DNA of 64,000 nt from assembly GCA_965216785.1 (NCBI GenBank), contig OZ244197.1, positions 3,054,198 to 3,118,197 of the forward strand. The letters run 5' to 3'. The translations under genes and the position numbers were made by a program. Under the pieces are notes generated by a model. That model was not told where the DNA came from, made no database searches, and was given only the letters and a program-made list of their open reading frames with translations. The DNA comes from Thermodesulfobacteriota bacterium. Its GTDB lineage: Bacteria > Desulfobacterota_D > UBA1144 > Nemesobacterales > UBA2774. This document shows, in pieces, positions 10,100-19,109 of the stretch (position 1 is the stretch's first letter; the number at the start of each line of letters is the position of its first letter).

Positions 10100-10765
10100 T
10101 TAGACTAAGAGTTTGGACCCTCTTTCCGCAGCCTTCTTCTCATCAATCTTTTTCGACTTCGGAACGTCCATGCCGCGCTGTACCGCAGGTCGGCGCCTGA
10201 TTTTTGTCATCCATTTTCTCAGGTTATTAAGCCCTTCTACTTCCACGCCCGCCCAATTGTGAAGCGTAATCCACGGGTATGTCGCAATATCCGCTATAGA
10301 ATAAAAATCTCCGCCCAAATACTCGTTTTCGCTTAAGCGCTTATCGAGCACTTCGTAGAGCCTTCTGGTCTCTCGCTGATAACGGCTGACAGCGTATTCT
10401 ATCCTCTCCGGTGCGTAGCGGTGAAACACGTTTGCCTGTCCCTGCATAGGCCCGATCCCCGCCATCTGAAACATGAGCCATTGAATAACCGTCGAGCGTC
10501 CGTTTACATCCGTAGGTAAGAATTTTCCCGTCTTCTCCGCGAGATAGATGAGTATAGCGCCCGATTCGAATACTGAAAACCCATCGTTATCATGATCCAC
10601 AATTGTCGGGATTCGCCCGTTTGGGTTTATAGTGAGATAAAACTCGTCTTTTTGCTCCATTTTGCTGAGGCTCAGGTGCTTGAGATTGTACGGGAGCTCC
10701 ACCTCTTCAAGCATTATGGATACCTTCCTCCCATTGGGTGTAGAAGCAGTGTAAAGATCTATCAT
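10100..10765 (-). CDS. Glutathione S-transferase, YfcG/Ure2-like (GSH-dependent disulfide reductase type)
   Basis: TPNG, NPNGRIP, FESGAIL and [16 protein letters not shown] motifs; start moved to MIDLYT (GGAGG at 10774-10778). Confidence 0.88.
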   Translation of the reverse strand: MIDLYTASTPNGRKVSIMLEEVELPYNLKHLSLSKMEQKDEFYLTINPNGRIPTIVDHDNDGFSVFESGAILIYLAEKTGKFLPTDVNGRSTVIQWLMFQMAGIGPMQGQANVFHRYAPERIEYAVSRYQRETRRLYEVLDKRLSENEYLGGDFYSIADIATYPWITLHNWAGVEVEGLNNLRKWMTKIRRRPAVQRGMDVPKSKKIDEKKAAERGSKLLV

Positions 10766-11051
10766 GTAGTAAACCTCCGGCAATATAGGATCGAAATATG
10801 TATCCTTTATCAAGAATAACAGGTTTTAGATATTTTTTTTCAACAATTTAGTTGAGAAAATGTGAGCCCGGGATTCAATGAAGAAATACTTTAAGATAGC
10901 TATGAGTAAAAGTATCCCTTATTGCTTTCTTGCACAGTAGAGCGCTATCCGCTTTAATGAGCGCCGCGCTTCATATATAATATCCCTAATTCAATCCCTA
11001 ACGCATGCGGCACTTACGAGCAACCCGGCGTATTAAGGAGATAATTAGATA

Positions 11052-12122
11052 ATGTTCATTGATTATGACAAATTAGCGCTGGCCGCGCTAAACGGCCAGG
11101 AGATAGACCGGGAGGTCGCCTTGGCAATTCTGGAAGATCCGGAAGTCGATTTGCTAAATCTAGCAGCCGCCGCAGGAAAGGTGCGAATGGCCTACTTCGG
11201 GAAAAAGGTCATGATCCATCAAATAAATAACATTCAAAACGGCCTATGCCCCGAGGATTGCGGATACTGCGGGCAATCCAAAGTAACAAACGCAAAGATA
11301 AACAAATACCCTATGAAGTCCGAGGAGGATATCTTAAAAGAAGCCCAAGAGGCCAAAGCGCGGGGTGCGTACCGTTACTGTATGGTCGCGAGCGGCCGCG
11401 GCCCCTCTGACAGAGCGACAGACAAGCTCACGCGCGTGATCAGACGGATTAACGATGAAGTCGGAATCAAGACATGTCTATCCGCAGGAATAGTTAACGA
11501 AGAGCAGATTAAAGAATTAAAAGAAGCTGGTCTTGACCGCCTGAACCACAACCTCAATACGAGCGAGCGTCACACGCCGTGCATAGTAACCACGCACACA
11601 TACGAGGACAGGAAAAACACGATTATGGCCGCGAGTAAAGCGGGTCTCGATACCTGTAGCGGTATCATCGTCGGTATGGGAGAAACAAATGAGGACATAC
11701 TGGACGTTGCATATGCTCTAAAAGAGATGAATGTCCCCTCTATCCCGGTGAATTTTCTAATCCCGATCAAGGGCAACCCGCTCTACGATTTTAACCAGCT
11801 CACGCCCGAGCGCTGCCTGCGTATTCTATGCGCGTTCAGGTTCATAAACCCAAAAGCAGAGCTTCGTATGGGCGGGGGACGTGAGGGACATCTGAGGGGC
11901 CTACAGTCACTTGCTCTGTATCCCGCAAACTCACTGTTTGTAGAAGGCTATCTCGTAACCAGGGGAGATAAGGTGGACAAGGTTTATCAGATGATCCGAG
12001 ACGCCGGATTTGAAGCGGACAATGAGGAAGGATTAGACCAAGAACTTACCTCGGCGGATAAATTCACAATAGACGATGACCCGGACATAATGAACCCAAA
12101 GACCGCTCCCAGAGAGCAATAA
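11052..12122 (+). CDS. bioB: Biotin synthase (radical SAM)
   Basis: CPEDCGYCGQS radical SAM motif, NHNLNTS, CSGxIxGMGE, SIPVNFL, ANSLF; AAGGAG SD. Confidence 0.95.
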   Translation: MFIDYDKLALAALNGQEIDREVALAILEDPEVDLLNLAAAAGKVRMAYFGKKVMIHQINNIQNGLCPEDCGYCGQSKVTNAKINKYPMKSEEDILKEAQEAKARGAYRYCMVASGRGPSDRATDKLTRVIRRINDEVGIKTCLSAGIVNEEQIKELKEAGLDRLNHNLNTSERHTPCIVTTHTYEDRKNTIMAASKAGLDTCSGIIVGMGETNEDILDVAYALKEMNVPSIPVNFLIPIKGNPLYDFNQLTPERCLRILCAFRFINPKAELRMGGGREGHLRGLQSLALYPANSLFVEGYLVTRGDKVDKVYQMIRDAGFEADNEEGLDQELTSADKFTIDDDPDIMNPKTAPREQ

Positions 12123-12201
12123 CTTAAAGAGCAGAGCAGCATGCACCTTCGGACTGAACATTCTCCCCTCAAATACTAACGCTGGATAAGAAACCGACCT
12201 T

Positions 12202-12558
12202 ATGATAGAAATTCACACAGGTAGTTGTGAATATAAATCCTATGTCAGCTACCGTCTGGAAAAGCATGGCCGAGACTGGGTGCTGTACATAACAGGGGGC
12301 GTTCCCCACATCGGGTCTGTTGCGTGCACGGAAAGGATAGGAGACACTGCGGAAATCCATCAATTCACTCTCCGGCACCATAGAGAGGACAAAATAGTCC
12401 GCCGGGCTGTCGAAGGACTTAGGGGACTGCTGGAGGGTGAAATTCTCGTAGTTGGAGGTATCCACTACGATGATATCGAACCTGATCAAATCCGGCAGAT
12501 TGAGCAAAACTGCGCCGAGCTACTCAACCGCCTCACATCAAAACTTAGAGATAACTAA
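12202..12558 (+). CDS. Small PAC4/LpdD-like protein
   Basis: GRDWVLYITGG-PHIGSVA, HRED and GIHYDD motifs recalled for the LpdD/PAC4-like family. Confidence 0.6.
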   Translation: MIEIHTGSCEYKSYVSYRLEKHGRDWVLYITGGVPHIGSVACTERIGDTAEIHQFTLRHHREDKIVRRAVEGLRGLLEGEILVVGGIHYDDIEPDQIRQIEQNCAELLNRLTSKLRDN

Positions 12559-12596
12559 CCTCGTCCCAAATCTGGAATTACACACCAGAATAAACT

Positions 12597-13292
12597 TTAT
12601 ATTACATATTCCCTTAGCCAGTAATGAAGTGGAGCGTAATCCTTAAATATTTTATAGCAGTAATCCAGGAAGTCAGCGGAATATATTTCTTTCGGAAGCT
12701 GAATCTCGCACAAAGCGTGTATCCCGTTATACAGAAGAAGCTCAGCGTTCGGGTGCTCGGGGTCATAACCCCTGGGTACCCTTTTATAGTGGGTGTCCCC
12801 AACCTTATAAAGCCCGTTTTTGGTTATCTTTTTTATGATATTCCTTAGCTCTTTGCCTTTCTTGGGATCGACCACCGCGTCGCGGTAGGGTTTAAGCAGG
12901 TCTTTAGGAAATATATACAGCCCTCCGGCCACGTAGATCGAGCTCTTATTGAGCTGAAGGTAAAACCCCGGATTCTCGAGCTTTTTCCTCTTCCCTTCCC
13001 AGAAGAAAATCCCTATATGGGTTTTATAGGGGGTTTTATCCTTAGAGAATCGGACGTCTTTATAAATCCGGAAGATCGACTTATCAGTCTTGGGAATAGC
13101 GACTATTCCGGGAGCTATTGAGTGCAGCCTCTCACCCATCCCGGAGATAAAAGAGAGTGAAGGCTGAAGGACCTTATCTTCAAATATCTCCCTGTTCTCC
13201 TCAAACCACTCCTTTCTATTATTCCTCTCAAGGTCCTTCAGGAATTTAAATGTGTCCTTACTGAACCCGCCAAATGCATCCGTTTCTGCCAA
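12597..13292 (-). CDS. DUF2461 family protein
   Basis: FLxxLxxNNxKEWF and FRIYKDVRFSKDKTPYKTH motifs; TTG start with GGAGG SD. Confidence 0.88.
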   Translation of the reverse strand: MAETDAFGGFSKDTFKFLKDLERNNRKEWFEENREIFEDKVLQPSLSFISGMGERLHSIAPGIVAIPKTDKSIFRIYKDVRFSKDKTPYKTHIGIFFWEGKRKKLENPGFYLQLNKSSIYVAGGLYIFPKDLLKPYRDAVVDPKKGKELRNIIKKITKNGLYKVGDTHYKRVPRGYDPEHPNAELLLYNGIHALCEIQLPKEIYSADFLDYCYKIFKDYAPLHYWLREYVI

Positions 13293-13340
13293 GGGCGGCC
13301 TCCGTGAATTTATGAAATTATCCCGTCCAATTATAAACGT

Positions 13341-13982
13341 TTATGCTGCAGATTGAAGTGCGTCGGTATAACTCTTGTGACACCTCGTATAAAACTCCTC
13401 ATTTTGCAAACGGCTCCGCCAAGCACTTATGTGTGGATAAGGCGATAAATCTATCTGTGAAGCCTCTGCCGGGTCGAGTACCGACAAGAGATTAAAGTCG
13501 GCGAGCGTGAGCTTGTCCCCCGCTATGTAGGGATTCTCGGATAATTGATTTTCAACTACAGGCAGAAACCTGTCTAAGAAGCTAAGACCGTCCGTGACCG
13601 ACCTCTCATCGACTTCGACACCTACTACAGGGGCAAGCACCCTGTTAAAGAAAACCCGGTTAACACCGTTATTTACGTGTAATGACACAAAGTCAGTCCA
13701 CTTGTCCACCTGGGCCCTTTCCGCTAAATCAGCTGGATATAAAGTCGAACCGTGTTTTTCAGCCAGATATTTAATTATTGACCCGCTTTCAAACAGTACA
13801 AACCCGTCATCATCCATAACGGGCACTTTTCCCGCAGGATGCAGTTTGAGATGCTCATCCTTCATGTGCTCACCCGCCATTAAGTTAACGGGCACGTACT
13901 CATAATCGAGCCCCATATAATTTGCGACGTATCTTACTTTATTACTTGGAAGTGAAAGCGGAAACGCATAGATTTTAAGCAT
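13341..13982 (-). CDS. Glutathione S-transferase (theta-like)
   Basis: N-terminal Ser motif, HPAGKVP, FESGSIIKYL, LTLADF; AGGAGG SD. Confidence 0.9.
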   Translation of the reverse strand: MLKIYAFPLSLPSNKVRYVANYMGLDYEYVPVNLMAGEHMKDEHLKLHPAGKVPVMDDDGFVLFESGSIIKYLAEKHGSTLYPADLAERAQVDKWTDFVSLHVNNGVNRVFFNRVLAPVVGVEVDERSVTDGLSFLDRFLPVVENQLSENPYIAGDKLTLADFNLLSVLDPAEASQIDLSPYPHISAWRSRLQNEEFYTRCHKSYTDALQSAA

Positions 13983-14014
13983 TGTTTACTCCTCCTATTA
14001 CTAATATTAGATTT

Positions 14015-14063
14015 TGGACTACTTGGTACATTTATATTGTACTAAGCAGTACATCTATGTCAA
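14015..14063 (-). promoter_or_regulatory. sigma70 promoter of the GST overlapped by two TetR-type operators
   Basis: TTGACA (14063-14058)-N16-TACAAT (14041-14036); palindromes TGTACT-N4-AGTACA (14038-14053) and TGGACT-N4-GGTACA (14015-14030). Confidence 0.75.
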
Positions 14064-14086
14064 GTAAAATATTTTTAGTGGAGGAA

Positions 14087-14686
14087 TTACTTGGAAAAGG
14101 ACTTTAAATAAGTAAGAGCGTGTTTGACTGTATTTTCAGCAGGCCCTGGGTCTTTATTAAATTTTGATAGCAGCAGCGCTCCCTGAAGTGAGGCCAACGA
14201 GAAGTTTGCAAGGGACTTCGGATCGGCTGTTTCTTTAAGCTTCCCTGCTTTTTTTAAGCCTTCGAAAAACTCGGTTATCTTTTGTATGGAAATATTCATG
14301 ACCGCATTTACATCCTGTCTAATATCCTCATTCTCTGCCGCAAGCTCATTCCCAATGGAGCCTATCGGGCATGCCCTCTCGTAATTAAACATCTCTATGC
14401 CACGCAAATGATCGTGAAAATAGTTTTCCAGCCCTTCCCAGCTGTCGATATCAATTCTAATTGGCCCCTGCCCGCTCTTCAGAACATTTTTATAAAACCT
14501 GAGAACTTCGCGGACAATATCCTCTTTACTTTGGAAATAATGATAGAACTGGCTCTTACCCGTACCTGAGGCTTCTAGTATCTGGTCTACGCTTGTGGCG
14601 CGCACGCCGTTTTTATGAAAGAGCTCCCTTGCAGTCTCTACAATACGAGCCCTCGTAATATTCCCTTTTTCAGATAACTCTTGCAT
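14087..14686 (-). CDS. TetR/AcrR family transcriptional regulator (LmrA/YxaF-like C-terminus)
   Basis: N-terminal HTH (ARELFxxxG...TSVDQI...GKSQFYHYFxSKE); ACPIG motif. Confidence 0.92.
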   Translation of the reverse strand: MQELSEKGNITRARIVETARELFHKNGVRATSVDQILEASGTGKSQFYHYFQSKEDIVREVLRFYKNVLKSGQGPIRIDIDSWEGLENYFHDHLRGIEMFNYERACPIGSIGNELAAENEDIRQDVNAVMNISIQKITEFFEGLKKAGKLKETADPKSLANFSLASLQGALLLSKFNKDPGPAENTVKHALTYLKSFSK

Positions 14687-14692
14687 ACTATT

Positions 14693-14720
14693 ATTGTACT
14701 AAATAGTTCAATTTAATCAA
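14693..14720 (-). promoter_or_regulatory. tetR promoter with autoregulatory operator
   Basis: TTGATT (14720-14715)-N16-TACAAT (14698-14693); operator TGTACT-N4-AGTTCA at 14695-14710. Confidence 0.65.
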
Positions 14721-14737
14721 TCTATCCAGTGACCGGT

Positions 14738-15334
14738 CTATATATCTCCGTACCCAATTTTCTTACTCTTTTTAAGCCTCACGAACATGACTATATGGAC
14801 GAAAATAATAACAGGCACTATAAACGTCGGCAGCAGACTGAGCGGCAGCTTGAGAAGCTCACTCATTGAAGCAGGCTCAGCCATCGCCAGTCTCCCTGCT
14901 GTAGCTACGACAAAGAGAATATCCAGAAGCCCAAGGAGGTTCCATAGGAAAAACAAAAACCAAGAGGCTTTCCCCCTCGACGGAATAAAGAGAATAAGCC
15001 CCACGGCTAGGGCAGCTATAACAATATCGCCCCACCCTCCTAGTACCGCGAAATCGTAAGGAAGCTTTCCTTGAGCGTAGAGTATAAGAAAATAGACCCC
15101 TACGAACCTAACTAGGTTAAAAAGAAGAAAAACTTTTACATCGATGCCGATACACCAGCTCTTAAACCCATCTACCCGCCAAAATGAGAGCAGCAAGATA
15201 ATAACCAGCCCGAAGAGAATGAACTGAGGTAAAGGCGGGCGGAGAGAGGCTAATACTCCTGACGCCCCTGCTATAAGCGCTATTATCAGCCATACACCAG
15301 CGATCGCCGCAATATTGATCGAGCTTCTATCCAT
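14738..15334 (-). CDS. Hypothetical multi-pass membrane protein
   Basis: About six hydrophobic segments; GWGD, WNLLGLLD and PxxLLPTFIVP motifs; lies in a gene-sized gap in an operon-like run. Confidence 0.75.
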   Translation of the reverse strand: MDRSSINIAAIAGVWLIIALIAGASGVLASLRPPLPQFILFGLVIILLLSFWRVDGFKSWCIGIDVKVFLLFNLVRFVGVYFLILYAQGKLPYDFAVLGGWGDIVIAALAVGLILFIPSRGKASWFLFFLWNLLGLLDILFVVATAGRLAMAEPASMSELLKLPLSLLPTFIVPVIIFVHIVMFVRLKKSKKIGYGDI

Positions 15335-15343
15335 AATGTCTAC

Positions 15344-15883
15344 TCAATCCTTTAAATTAAATATCTTCAAGGGCGTGTATACGGATCCCTTGTTATTTAG
15401 CTCGCTCTTAATGAGACCTACGTGGGATATATCAAAAGCGGTCTTCTCGGGAAATGCAATCGGTTTTTTTATACTCAATTTACTCTTTACTCGTCCAACG
15501 GTAATATGCGGAATGAACCTTCGGTTTTCCGCTTTAAAACCAAGCGCTTCCAGCTCACTCTCGATTTCGCTTTTAAGCAAGGAAAGCCCATCATTGGGCG
15601 AAAGACCAACAAATAAAACACGGGGCTTTTCTAGATTCGGGAAACCACCGAACCTTGTGATATTCATATTAAAGGGTGAGTATTTAAAACAGAGGGTTTC
15701 TAGTTTATCGGAAATCTCTGCTGCGGCACTGTCCCCGGTTTCTCCGAGAAATTTTAGCGTAACGTGAAGCTTTTCGTACTTCTCCCACTTAACACCGTCA
15801 ATACACGGCTTAAGTCCGTCTATATATTCACCTACCTTGAGCCTGACCTCATCGGGCAAAAGCCCCGCAATAAATATTCTCAA
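15344..15883 (-). CDS. thpR: RNA 2',3'-cyclic phosphodiesterase (2H phosphoesterase)
   Basis: MRIFIA start; two HxT motifs (LHVTLKFLG, PHITVGR). Confidence 0.92.
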   Translation of the reverse strand: MRIFIAGLLPDEVRLKVGEYIDGLKPCIDGVKWEKYEKLHVTLKFLGETGDSAAAEISDKLETLCFKYSPFNMNITRFGGFPNLEKPRVLFVGLSPNDGLSLLKSEIESELEALGFKAENRRFIPHITVGRVKSKLSIKKPIAFPEKTAFDISHVGLIKSELNNKGSVYTPLKIFNLKD

Positions 15884-15937
15884 GATAACTCACCGGATAT
15901 GAGCACAAGACTTCCCCATTAATTATCTTCCCGGGAT

Positions 15938-17197
15938 TTACTTACACCAGGTCGGGAACGACTTACCGCCGCTCTTGCCGAGCTTACGCTGGTTCTGGCC
16001 GTTTAAATACATTATGTAGAGATTTTTACCTCCCGATCTGGAAGAGCTGAATGCGAGATAATGGCCGTCGGGCGACCAGGCTGGGTTCTCGTTTCTACCC
16101 GAGGCCGAGGTCAGTCTTTCCTGGCCCGAACCGTCAGGGTTTATCGTGTAAATGTTCGCCCCGCCTTCTACCTTAACGAAAGCTATGCGGTTAACTTCCC
16201 TGCTGGGAGACCAATCTGGATCTGTGCTGTACCCGCCCGAGGTTATCTTTCTAACCCCTCTACCGCTCGCTGTCATGACGTATATCTGCGGAGAACCGGA
16301 GCGGTCAGAGACAAACGCGATCATCCCGCCGTCGGGAGACCAAGTCGGAGAGACGTCGATCGAGTGGCTCCTGGTAAGGTTCACAGCCCCCTTGCCGTTC
16401 GGACCGGAAACGTAAATGTCTCCGTTCGCGCTGAACGCTAACTGCCTTCCGCTCGGGGACCACGCGGCGCTTTGTTCAAGCTTAAACGCCTTTGTAAGCC
16501 TTGTTTCTTTAACGCCCGAGCCAAGGGTGATCACATAAAGATCCTGGTCCCATACTTTATCGGAGTTAAATACGATCTTATCCCCCGAGGGAGAGCAATG
16601 GGGAGACATTATTAGCGAGCTATGTCTTGTGAGCTGTCTAATATTAAAACCGTCGTAGTCTGAAATAAAGAGGTTCCTCTTACTCCTTCCCCCCTGAACA
16701 TAAGCAATCTTTGATGTAAAAAATCCTTTTTTTCCCGTTATCTGCTTCATTACGAGATCGGCAAACCGGTGGGCAGCCTCCCTCACCTTGCCGGGCGTTG
16801 CCTCATAAGATCTCCCGAGTATCGCTCGCTCTTCCTTAACGTTAAAGAGCCTCACGGCAAATTTTATACGACCCCCGCTCGCTTGATACTGCCCGGCGAC
16901 CAGGTAATCAGCCCCCGCGTCGAATAGTGACTGAAATCCGATATTGTCTATACCACCCGCAATTGGTGTTCCCAAGCTCACGTCGAAAAGTGCGGCGTTT
17001 TCAAGATCGTTACCGAGCACCCTCGCGAATTCCTGCGCGGCCTGGTCGGGCGGGCCAACATTCGAAAGCTCGGCAATATGCACCGGCAGCTTCTGCACAA
17101 TCGGACCTGTAACATCCGGGAGCTTAATCTGTGAATACGCAACCCCTGAAAACGATATAAATACACTTAAGGTTAGAAATAATATCCTGAATGCCAT
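15938..17197 (-). CDS. tolB: Tol-Pal beta-propeller protein TolB
   Basis: Signal peptide, TolB N-domain (DLxxxxLF; AHRFAD; GFFTSKIAYV), PD40 repeats (SPTWSPDG, NPAWSPDG); start at MAFRI with GGAGG SD. Confidence 0.82.
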   Translation of the reverse strand: MAFRILFLTLSVFISFSGVAYSQIKLPDVTGPIVQKLPVHIAELSNVGPPDQAAQEFARVLGNDLENAALFDVSLGTPIAGGIDNIGFQSLFDAGADYLVAGQYQASGGRIKFAVRLFNVKEERAILGRSYEATPGKVREAAHRFADLVMKQITGKKGFFTSKIAYVQGGRSKRNLFISDYDGFNIRQLTRHSSLIMSPHCSPSGDKIVFNSDKVWDQDLYVITLGSGVKETRLTKAFKLEQSAAWSPSGRQLAFSANGDIYVSGPNGKGAVNLTRSHSIDVSPTWSPDGGMIAFVSDRSGSPQIYVMTASGRGVRKITSGGYSTDPDWSPSREVNRIAFVKVEGGANIYTINPDGSGQERLTSASGRNENPAWSPDGHYLAFSSSRSGGKNLYIMYLNGQNQRKLGKSGGKSFPTWCK

Positions 17198-17314
17198 ATA
17201 TCCTCCGCAAATGTAAATTGATTTACTATACAAGTGATATTGGGAATAAATCTAGCTAATGAGAACAGAAAAAACCAGTGAAAATGATAAGCAGCTTAAA
17301 ATAATAGTGCGGGC

Positions 17315-17917
17315 TTATTCTTCAAGCTCGACGTTCCAGTAAGAAATGTCGACGAAATTGAGAAAAGGCTCCCACTCCTTATACCTGACAGCTCTTATGT
17401 ATATGTTTGAGAACGGGTCCCAAAGCGGCTTCTTTGGCTTACGGTTAAGTTTCATCCTGGCCTGGACAGGCGTTCTCCCGCCCTTTTTTCTGTTGCAGTC
17501 AATACAGCAGCACACTACGTTGTCCCAAACGCTCTTGCCACCCTGGGAACGGGGTACCACGTGGTCTATTGTAAGCTCGGCTCTTGAAAACTTGCTCCGG
17601 CAGTACTGACACATCCCGCCGTCACGCCTGAAAATATTTATACGGTTAAACTTGGCCTCTTTTCTTACAAATCCCTCGTATCTTACCAGCAGTATCACTC
17701 TTGGGGTTTTAATCGCGGTGTTTACGGTTCTTATTACGTCTTCCTGGTTATCTCTGAGCATGGATATATCGGTCCAGGAATCAAAATCGAAGGTCTCATA
17801 ATCGTTCCCTACCGCTTTTGCCACGCCGCTGTAAAGCATAAGGAAAGCCCGCTTTACACTTGTAATAGTGACAGGAACAAAGTACCGATTTAGTACTAAA
17901 ACGGGAGAGGATAGCAT
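17315..17917 (-). CDS. HNH endonuclease
   Basis: VLVLN start; RDxxxCQYC, LTIDHVVPRSQGG, WDNVVCCCxxCNxKKG. Confidence 0.9.
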   Translation of the reverse strand: MLSSPVLVLNRYFVPVTITSVKRAFLMLYSGVAKAVGNDYETFDFDSWTDISMLRDNQEDVIRTVNTAIKTPRVILLVRYEGFVRKEAKFNRINIFRRDGGMCQYCRSKFSRAELTIDHVVPRSQGGKSVWDNVVCCCIDCNRKKGGRTPVQARMKLNRKPKKPLWDPFSNIYIRAVRYKEWEPFLNFVDISYWNVELEE

Positions 17918-18072
17918 ACAGTATATGGAATTTACACTTTTTTCATTAGCACTTCAAGTATATTGTGTTAAGGTTTAATTAAGTCGTTGCCGCGCTTTAA
18001 CGCATTTAAACCAGTTATTTCTTGACATATGTGAACCAACGTACAAATTATTAAGGGAAAAAAGGAAGCAAA

Positions 18073-18222
18073 ATGGAAACATTACTAAGCGGATTTGTTA
18101 TTCAACTCATACTCTCGGCACTGCTGTTTGCAACCCTTATATACTTTGTATTAAAAAACGCCCGGCTCAAAAGGCAGATCGAGCAGGCAGCTTCCCCAAC
18201 TGAGAATAAAGAGGACAAGTAA
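18073..18222 (+). CDS. Small single-pass membrane protein (49 aa), not in the ORF track
   Basis: METLLSGFVIQLILSALLFATLIYFVLKNARLKRQIEQAASPTENKEDK*; AAGGA SD; TAA abuts the lgt ATG. Confidence 0.7.
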   Translation: METLLSGFVIQLILSALLFATLIYFVLKNARLKRQIEQAASPTENKEDK

Positions 18223-19038
18223 ATGTATCCCGAAATAATAAGCGTAGGTAATTTCACTATATCATCTTTCGGCCTTATGATAGCGGTATGCTTCATAGTG
18301 GGCTACTGGCTCATAATGTCAGAGGCTAAAAGAAAAAAACTCGACGATAAGCTTATTAGTAATATGTTCCTAGCCACCATGATCGGCGGCATCGTAGGGG
18401 CGAAGATCCTGTACATATTTGAAAACGTACCGTTATCAGAAATTATGAGCGACCCCCTCACCCACTTACTATCAAGAGGAGGGCTCACTTTTTACGGTGG
18501 TTTTATCGGTGCACTCGTTCTCGTCTGGGCAATGGCGTACAGAAACAAGATCAGCATGTGGGTAATTGGCGACATGGCCTCCCCCGCTCTTGCTCTGGCC
18601 TATTCCATCGGAAGGATCGGCTGCCTGCTCGTAGGCGATGATTACGGCGTCCCGTCCAATTTGCCCTGGGCCATGGCATTCCCAAAGGGACTTCCTCCGA
18701 CAGACATCCCCGTGCACCCGACACAGCTCTATGAAGTAATCATAATGTTCATTGCGTTCCTATTCATATGGAGAATAAGGACCCTGCCAAGGGCCGCTGG
18801 ATGGCTCTTCTCGATATATTTAATCATAGCCGGGTTTGAGAGATTCTTCATTGAATTCATAAGGAGCACCACACCTAGCCCGATCCCGCATTTGTCGGTG
18901 GCGCAGGTTACGGCTATCGGTTTAATTATAGTAGGAGCGATCAAGCTGTATTCAATTTACGCCTCGGGTGAAACTAAAAGCGGAGAGCCGGAAAGCAGCC
19001 CGGGCGGAAAGAAAATGCCGAGAAAGAAAAAAGCTTAA
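18223..19038 (+). CDS. lgt: Prolipoprotein diacylglyceryl transferase
   Basis: GGLTFYGG, GRIGC, HPTQLYE and RFFIEFIR motifs. Confidence 0.93.
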   Translation: MYPEIISVGNFTISSFGLMIAVCFIVGYWLIMSEAKRKKLDDKLISNMFLATMIGGIVGAKILYIFENVPLSEIMSDPLTHLLSRGGLTFYGGFIGALVLVWAMAYRNKISMWVIGDMASPALALAYSIGRIGCLLVGDDYGVPSNLPWAMAFPKGLPPTDIPVHPTQLYEVIIMFIAFLFIWRIRTLPRAAGWLFSIYLIIAGFERFFIEFIRSTTPSPIPHLSVAQVTAIGLIIVGAIKLYSIYASGETKSGEPESSPGGKKMPRKKKA

Positions 19039-19109
19039 GCTTTCAGTCTCAACCCCAAACAGAATCTAAACTTTCGCATGCACCCTCACTTAGGTATCTT
19101 TTACCCTCA

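Noticed and set aside
17315-17917. HNH nuclease as a defence system or mobile element
   Set aside because: Common stand-alone HNH type with no methylase, ATPase, repeats or intron context
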